The position numbers and the translations under genes are program-made. From contig OX597822.1 of the NCBI GenBank assembly GCA_951406725.2, positions 17,980,001 through 18,044,000 of the forward strand: a stretch of DNA of 64,000 nt, written 5' to 3'. This document shows, one piece after another, positions 54,534-64,000 of this stretch. The DNA comes from Octopus vulgaris (lineage: Eukaryota). The notes beneath the pieces were generated by a model that saw nothing but the letters and a program-made list of their open reading frames with translations, had not been told where the DNA came from and did not search any database. Every line of letters begins with the position of its first letter. The stretch's first letter is position 1.

Positions 54534-54575
<42 letters not shown>

Positions 54576-54577
54576 TC

Positions 54578-54614
<37 letters not shown>

Positions 54615-55717
54615 TAGATTAGAGAGAGAGAGAGAGAGAAGGGAAGAAAGAAATGTAGATAAACATGATTGAGCTTGATATATATAATACGCATATACAC
54701 ACACACACGCACACACACATGTAGATATATATAGGGATATACATTGAGAGGAAGAAAAACTGGAAATATAACTAAATGGGAGAATGTATGTTATTTGAAG
54801 TGCAGCAGCAGTTTCTGGGAGCTCAGAATTCTATAACAGTTATGGTATCAATAATTAAAAGATTTACTCTGAAGCACTGTAAACCAACTCCTTCACTGTC
54901 TGCTACTTAGAACAAACACTGGAGCAGAGTACAGTTCTCCATCTTTGTCAGATTCTATTCAACCATCCAACCCAGCATGGAAGATGATGATATATATATA
55001 TATATATATGCACACACAAACACACACATCAGATTGTTGTTGTAGGTGTTTGTTTGCATTCTCTCATCATATATATTCCACAAAGAATAAAATAAAATTA
55101 AAATTAAGTGAAATATTGTACTTTCTAATTACTAATCTAATAATAAAAAAAAAATAAGATGCAGTGTGTTGCCAGCGGCTTAAAATTGTAATATTAAATT
55201 AATTTGGTGAGATCTATAAACGATGTATTTAATTAGGGCAGATAATTGTTGTTTTATGACTGACTAAGAGAAACATTGGTTGGCACCATGTAATGTTGGA
55301 AGCATCAAACATCATTAGATAATTCTTGTGTTTGATGTGAGGCCAAGGAATTCAATTGTATTTCTTTAAATATTTTAAAATTCTTACGCTTTCATGTCAT
55401 TAACATTATATTAACATATATTATCATATATTAATTATTATCTCTGAGTATAATGTATAAACACACATTTGGTAGATATGACCCATAAATGGATTTCTCA
55501 AAACCACCATTCTACACACACACATACATACATTATGAGGCCGAGTAATTAAATTTACTTCACATCCAAATTGTCTCAAGTTCAGTTCCACCATGCTGCA
55601 GTTTGGTCAAATGTCTTCTAGCCTCAGGTTAACAAAGGCCTTCTTGTTGAATTTAGAGGGCAACACCTGGGCAGAAGCCCTGTCTTTTGTGCGTGTATGT
55701 GTGTGAATAGCTCTCTA

Positions 55718-55834
<117 letters not shown>

Positions 55835-56036
55835 ATCTGTGTGTGTGCATGTAAATATCTTCCTATCTGTCTGTCTATTCATGTGTATGTGTGTACATTT
55901 ACAAAGGAGAGAAAAATCCTCCATATATATATTGTAGAGTTTGTCTGTTTACACCAGCTGAGGTTACTCTCCATTAGTACTCTGAGTTTTTCATCTTCAT
56001 ATCTTTCATCTTCGCCATAAGTGAAATCTAGATATT

Positions 56037-56071
<35 letters not shown>

Positions 56072-56449
56072 TATACACACACATTTGTGTACGTATGTTA
56101 TTATTTTTATTTCTAGATTTCTTGCCAATGGAGAGGGCCAGTCTCTAACCTAGATCCAAGGCTCCTTCATTGGAATCTCTTCAGCATCTACTGGGTAGTT
56201 GTGCATTTATGTGTGTATATGTGCAAATATTTGTGTGTCCATACCTATGTCTGTCTGTCTCTATGTGTGTACATATGTGCATACATAGAGATCAATAGAT
56301 GTGTTTTAATATTTGTTTCTATAATTATGTATGCACAAACTTTCGGTAAAAGCTGTTCAATAACTTACATAAATATGTCGAATATAATATATTTAAATTT
56401 TCTCAGTTTTGCTTGATTTTTCCTTCTGCTAGATGGAATATATTTGGAA

Positions 56450-57025
56450 ATATCACATTCCCTACGGGCATCTAGTGATAAAAGCACCTGCTTCAAGAAT
56501 CCATGCAAATATTCCAATTTTCAAAAGCAACCTTCTTATGCTATTCTGGCATGACGGGTTTAAAATCGTTAAAAATCAATAAATAAATAAAATATGATGC
56601 ACAACTATTTCAGGAATGGCTTTTACTGAGCATCTAGAAACAGTTTACATACTTCAGTCAAAAATTCTTTATGACTTGCTCCCCCTGAAACTAAATTAAT
56701 TTAGCATCTCCTATATTTCATTAGGTTCTGCCACCTTGAAGACAGGAAAGCTACCTTTCTTCTTGATTCATTATAATTTCTTTTCACATCAAAGAGACAG
56801 GCCATTCACATTTTAATCATGCAATTTGCCAAATGCATCTTTCATCGCATCATAATCTTCTCTGCTTGGTTACACTGAGGGCTTGCTCTGTCAATCAGCC
56901 CTTCTTTCTTTGTTCAAACCAAACACTTTTTCAATAACACATTATCTTTGTTTATGTTTCCTTGATTCCGTGATCTTTTCCCCTCTTCCTGTTCAAGTTT
57001 AATAAGCCCAATCACATTTCCATAT
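56450..57025 (-). mobile_element. Possible ancient pogo/Tigger-like transposase relic
   Basis: Manual minus-strand reading gives fragments loosely resembling the ENIWNMDETG.FY..LP motif; heavily decayed. Confidence 0.25.
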
Positions 57026-57220
57026 TGGTGATGAGTGATCAAGCTGCTGACCATTCTTTCCTTTTTTTCTTTCCTGTTTTTGTCTTCCTGAGAAAAATTT
57101 TACTGACTCAACTATATTACAATGTAGTTTGGAATCCAGAGAAAAAGACACTTGAAAGTGAGATAGAAAAACAGAGGGGTGATGGTGGGGTGGAACAGAA
57201 ACAAATGGTGGGGGGGGGAG

Positions 57221-57312
57221 GGTGATTGGCCTGATCCCAAGGAAACCTCAGCCTACCATGTCACGTTATCATTCAAGTAGAATTTAATTCAACCTTTCAG
57301 CCCTAATCAAAT
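57221..57312. repeat. Dispersed ~95-bp repeat, copy 1
   Basis: Homologous to 59830-59922 (ggcctgatcc.aaggaaac..cctaccatg..attcaagtagaatttaat..ccctaatcaaata). Confidence 0.7.
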
Positions 57313-59829
57313 AAAAGTATAAACCAACCGTTAATGAAATCATTTAACTATGAAGTGATAAAAGCTCCTTTGTATATAGGGAAATTATAATAACGAACAT
57401 TGGTAACATGGGCAGAGCCAGTGATGCCGTTAAGTCAATTAAATGTTTGTTAACCATGGTTCAAAATAAAATATGCTTGCTTCAGGCTTTCTGCTAGACA
57501 ACCAACAACAAGGGCTAATATCAGCTGAGTGCTTACACTGACTTCTTGATATTTTCAGTTTGTATAAAAATATGAATAAATTGGATGACTTGCTCCATAC
57601 GTTTCTCCTATTTGCTTTCCTTTCTATATAACCAACACCAACACAATTATCTTAATTTCTGCATTGAAATATTTTCTCCCAGAATATACAACAAATATAT
57701 ACATCTTTTGTTGATATTACCATAAGAGATACATTTTAAATGCAACATTTTTTTTTTCCTATGTTAAACACAGCATCCAAATTTTCCAGAATATATATTT
57801 TGTCTATGTTGTATGTTCTTTTGATTCAGCACTTATAATAAACCACCTATTTTGTCTTCATCCTCTTTTTTATTTCATTTTTGTTAGCTCTATCACAAAC
57901 ACCTTTCAATTCCACATTTACCTTTCAACAAACTTCATTTCATTTTTTCATAAAATAAACAGAAAAAAATCTACTGAATGGTTTAATTCTTTTGTATCAA
58001 CGATTTATTGCTCTCTCTTGAGAAGTTTGGCACCTCTTCATTGCAATATAATTTTTTTTTTAAATATTTCCCCCCAAGAAAAGACAATGAAATAAAACTC
58101 AACTTACATATTATAAGGTTTATTTTCATATAAACGCTTGTTTGGAAGAAATTTTCACATATTACTGCTTAGAATATTTTGCAAAAGAATAACGTAGGTC
58201 GAATTGTCAATGCGATCACTGGTGCTACTAACAATCACTGGTGCTACTAGTAATATTCTATAACTTTTTTGCAAGACAGAAGTTTAAACATGTTTTAATT
58301 GAGCTCAGTACATTACTAGTTAATTGTTTTATCATCCCTGCTGTGATGAAATGCCTTAATAATAAAAAATAGTATTAATAATAATAATCTCTCTAGCTTT
58401 GACACAATGCCAGCAGCTTTTATGGGAGGGCCAAATCGATTCTACTGACCACAGGACTTGATTGGTTTGGTAATTTATTTTGTCAACACCAAAAGGACAA
58501 GATTTGAACTCACAATGTAAAGTACCAAGAGAAATGTTGCTAAATATTTTATCTGATGTGTTGAGGATTCTGCCAGTTTGCCACCTTAGTATTAATAATA
58601 ACAATAAGAGTCACAAGGGCTATAGAATCGTTTCAGACAATACAGAGATGAAGGGCAGTGGGGATTTACACAGACATACTAACAATAAAACAAAAACAAT
58701 TTGTGAAAAATCTTTACAAACTCCCCAAGAGGAATAAAATGTTACTCAGGGGCAACCAAGGACCCCAAAGATCCAGAGCCACCCTCCTACTCATCAGGAG
58801 CACAACTGCAAATGCTCTTTCCTCCTCCATACTCCTCAGCCTACAGGGACCTGCTTAGAATGAGTCCCACTCACTCAGGCCATCTTTGCCACATTCACCC
58901 ACTTTTCAACAAATTTAATGTCAGCAGGGCAGCACATCCCTCTCAACCCTCATCTTCCTTTTCTGATGGAACTTTAAAATGTCAATGAGGGTCTGGCCAA
59001 AGAGTTAAGTGTCTGTCTTCAAACCTTTTAGTCTCATCCTCTTTTGTAGTAGCTAATAGACAGAAGGAAACCTGCGTGTCCTTCCCAACCAAAGGAAGGT
59101 GGCAGAGCAGTATTCTTGATTGAGATGGGCAGCAGCTAGATCTGTCCTACGAATGATAGCAGCTGACTCTAGTTGTAGGCAAATGTTTGAGCCCTGTATG
59201 TGTGCAGGATGGTTTTATTGCAGTGTGTGCATCTTGGGCAGGTGCAGCTGACAGCATTACCATGCCTTGTTTCAAATGTTGGTATAAAGCCAGCAATTTG
59301 GAGGGCAGGGGTTAGGCCACACCAATGATTCCGGTGCTTCTCTTCTACTTTATTTTACCAATGCGGGAGAGATGGAAAGCAAAGATGAGTTTGGTGAGAT
59401 TTGAACCCTGAATGTAAAGGATTAGAACAAATGCTGCAAAGCTTCTCTCCCCCCCCCCCCAAACATTCTAACAGCTCTGCTAACTTGTCACTTTTGTGGT
59501 GATGATGATGATGATAACAATAATAATAAAACCATTTCCAATTTTTGCACAAGGCCAGAAATTTCAAGGTAGGGGTATGTCTGTTGCATTGACCCCAGTG
59601 TTCAACTGGTACTTATTTTATTGACCCCGAATGGATGAAAGGCAATGTCTGCCTTTGTAGAATTTGAACTCAGAACATAAAGACAAATGAAATACTGCTA
59701 AATATATTGCCCGGTGTACTAATGGTTCTGCCACCTCTCTACCTTAATAATAATAATAATAATCCTTTTCTGCCAAAGGCACAAAGACAGAAATTTTGAT
59801 TGGAGGGGCATAGTTCATTACATAGGCGG

Positions 59830-59922
59830 GGGTGACCGGCCTGATCCGAAGGAAACTACATCCTACCATGCAACATTATAATTCAAGTAGAATTTAATCC
59901 AACCTTTTGTCCCTAATCAAAT
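59830..59922. repeat. Dispersed ~95-bp repeat, copy 2
   Basis: Homologous to 57221-57312. Confidence 0.7.
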
Positions 59923-61252
59923 AGTTGTTGGTGTCGTTTAGCTCTCAGCCACACCCAGATGAAGTAGATATCTTTTTCTCTTTTAACTGTTACTTTTGAC
60001 CATGGCCAGGCTGGGGCACATCTTGAAGGGTTTACACAAATAAATCATTCACCCATAGTACTTCTTTCTCAAATCTGCTGCTTTTTGTATTGGACTCTTT
60101 CACTGAGCTGCTAAGTTACAGGTGCGTAAACAAACCAGCATGGTGGGGAATAAACACATACAGAAACACACACACACACACACACTCACAAGGCATATGT
60201 TGGCCTAGGGTTGTAGTAGAAGATACTTGCCCAAGGTGTTGCACAAAGGGACTGAACTTGAAACCATGTGGTTACAAAACAAGCTTCTTAACCCCAGAGC
60301 TATGTCTTACATGGCCCCTGGGCCATTTTAAGACTTTTTCTAGGACAGATATAAACTCATGTACTATTTAAGACAATAACATGTGATTCAAGGGATATTT
60401 GGTTACTATTTCTAACTTTTTTAAAACCAATGTGTTCCTCTCTCTACCTCTCCTCCCCCCGCCCCCATACCTCTCCTTCGTTAGCTCACATGTGTTCTCA
60501 TATAAAATGGTAAGTAAAAATATCTGCTTAGCATAAATAGATATGATTTCCAGAAATGATTTATAGAAGCGAGTGAAATATGTTTCTCATTACATTTGTA
60601 GCATTCACCAACAGAATTGTTGTTATTAGTTTTATTATTATTCTTTTTAATTCAGAGTCCTGTTTCTCGTCTTGCAGTTGTACCTTACCTTGCTGTCAAA
60701 AGGCTGGCAAAAAAAAATGGAGTGTTTCTCATATTCATTGTAAGAGCAATACAGCAGTTAAGAAAGAAAGAGAGAGAGAGAGAGAGGTGGAGGGGAAGGT
60801 GGTTTGCTGTTTAGTAGCATCTGCATCTGTTGTTTGTTTGCATCTCATTCTTGTAAAAGTGTAAACATAAAGTTTAATGATATGCTCTTTGTTTGCTAAG
60901 TACACGTACACACACATACACACACGTGTATGTGTGTGTGTGTTTAGATGTATGCATGTATATTATGTTCAGGAGGAGAGGTTTGTACTTTTAGTCATTT
61001 AAACACCCAAGATAATCTCTAACCTAATGGGTTCTGTAGGTGCCAGATAGACTTGTGTGTGTATGTGTATTTAGACACGGGTATGGATGTGTGGCTGAGA
61101 ATGTCTCTTCCCAGTCACATGGCTCTGGGTTCAGTTGCACTGCATGGCACCTTGAAGAAATGTCTTTTACTATATAGCCCTGAGCCAACCAAAACCTTGT
61201 GAGTGGATTTGACAAGCAAAACTGAAAGATAACTGTTATGTGTGTGTGTATA

Positions 61253-61317
<65 letters not shown>

Positions 61318-61551
61318 GTATATATGTATATATATGTATATATGTATATATATGTATATATGTATGTATATATGTATATATATATGTATATATGTATATA
61401 TATATATGTATATATGTATATAATTAATTAATAAGGGTGAGAGAATTAGATACTAATTTAATAGTATATTTATTCAACACCAAGTGGCCTAGTGCTTCGA
61501 GAAACCTGGATTATTATAATATTTTATAACATATTATAATATTTTTACAAA

Positions 61552-61741
61552 ATAAATATAAGAGAGTGGTCACTATATTGCTCACTCTAGCACCAGTTAA
61601 TCCAAAAGGTTACAACCACGAAAATACATGCTTACCATGATCGTACTGACTTTCATGGTAAGCATGTATTTTCGTGGTTGAAACCTTTTGGATTAACTGG
61701 TGCTAGAGTGAGCAATATAGTGACCACTCTCTTATATTTAT
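61552..61741. repeat. Near-perfect palindrome (89-bp arms, 12-nt spacer)
   Basis: Arms 61552-61640 and 61653-61741, one mismatch seen; unpaired extension 61424-61551; flanked by (TA)n. Confidence 0.9.
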
Positions 61742-61745
61742 ATTA

Positions 61746-62032
<287 letters not shown>

Positions 62033-62064
62033 CACCACTCGTGTTCGACATCTCCTTTTTTTAA

Positions 62065-64000
<1,936 letters not shown>

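Overview
AT-rich, microsatellite-dense animal genomic DNA. The SINE families and (TA/CA)n load suggest a cephalopod, probably Octopus; this is an inference from repeat content. No intact host gene is recognisable, and nearly all long ORFs in the track are microsatellite or minisatellite artefacts. The window is mostly transposon debris: a Tx1/L1-type LINE (20.8-24.8 kb), an internally deleted Gypsy LTR element (12.4-14.9 kb), three mariner relics, two non-autonomous Helitrons, a TTAA piggyBac-type MITE, RTE/HERO/R4-type LINE ends and many SINEs. The most striking signal is a group of fold-back (inverted-duplication) insertions of Penelope-like type. It includes a 2.4 kb near-perfect palindrome encoding a GIY-YIG endonuclease C-terminus and a tRNA-headed fold-back element with an 11-bp TSD. 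Three unrelated families carry minimal type-I hammerhead-ribozyme-like motifs, and each deviates at a different core position. A few minus-strand exon candidates (a signal-peptide-like exon pair and a 15-nt microexon) are tentative.
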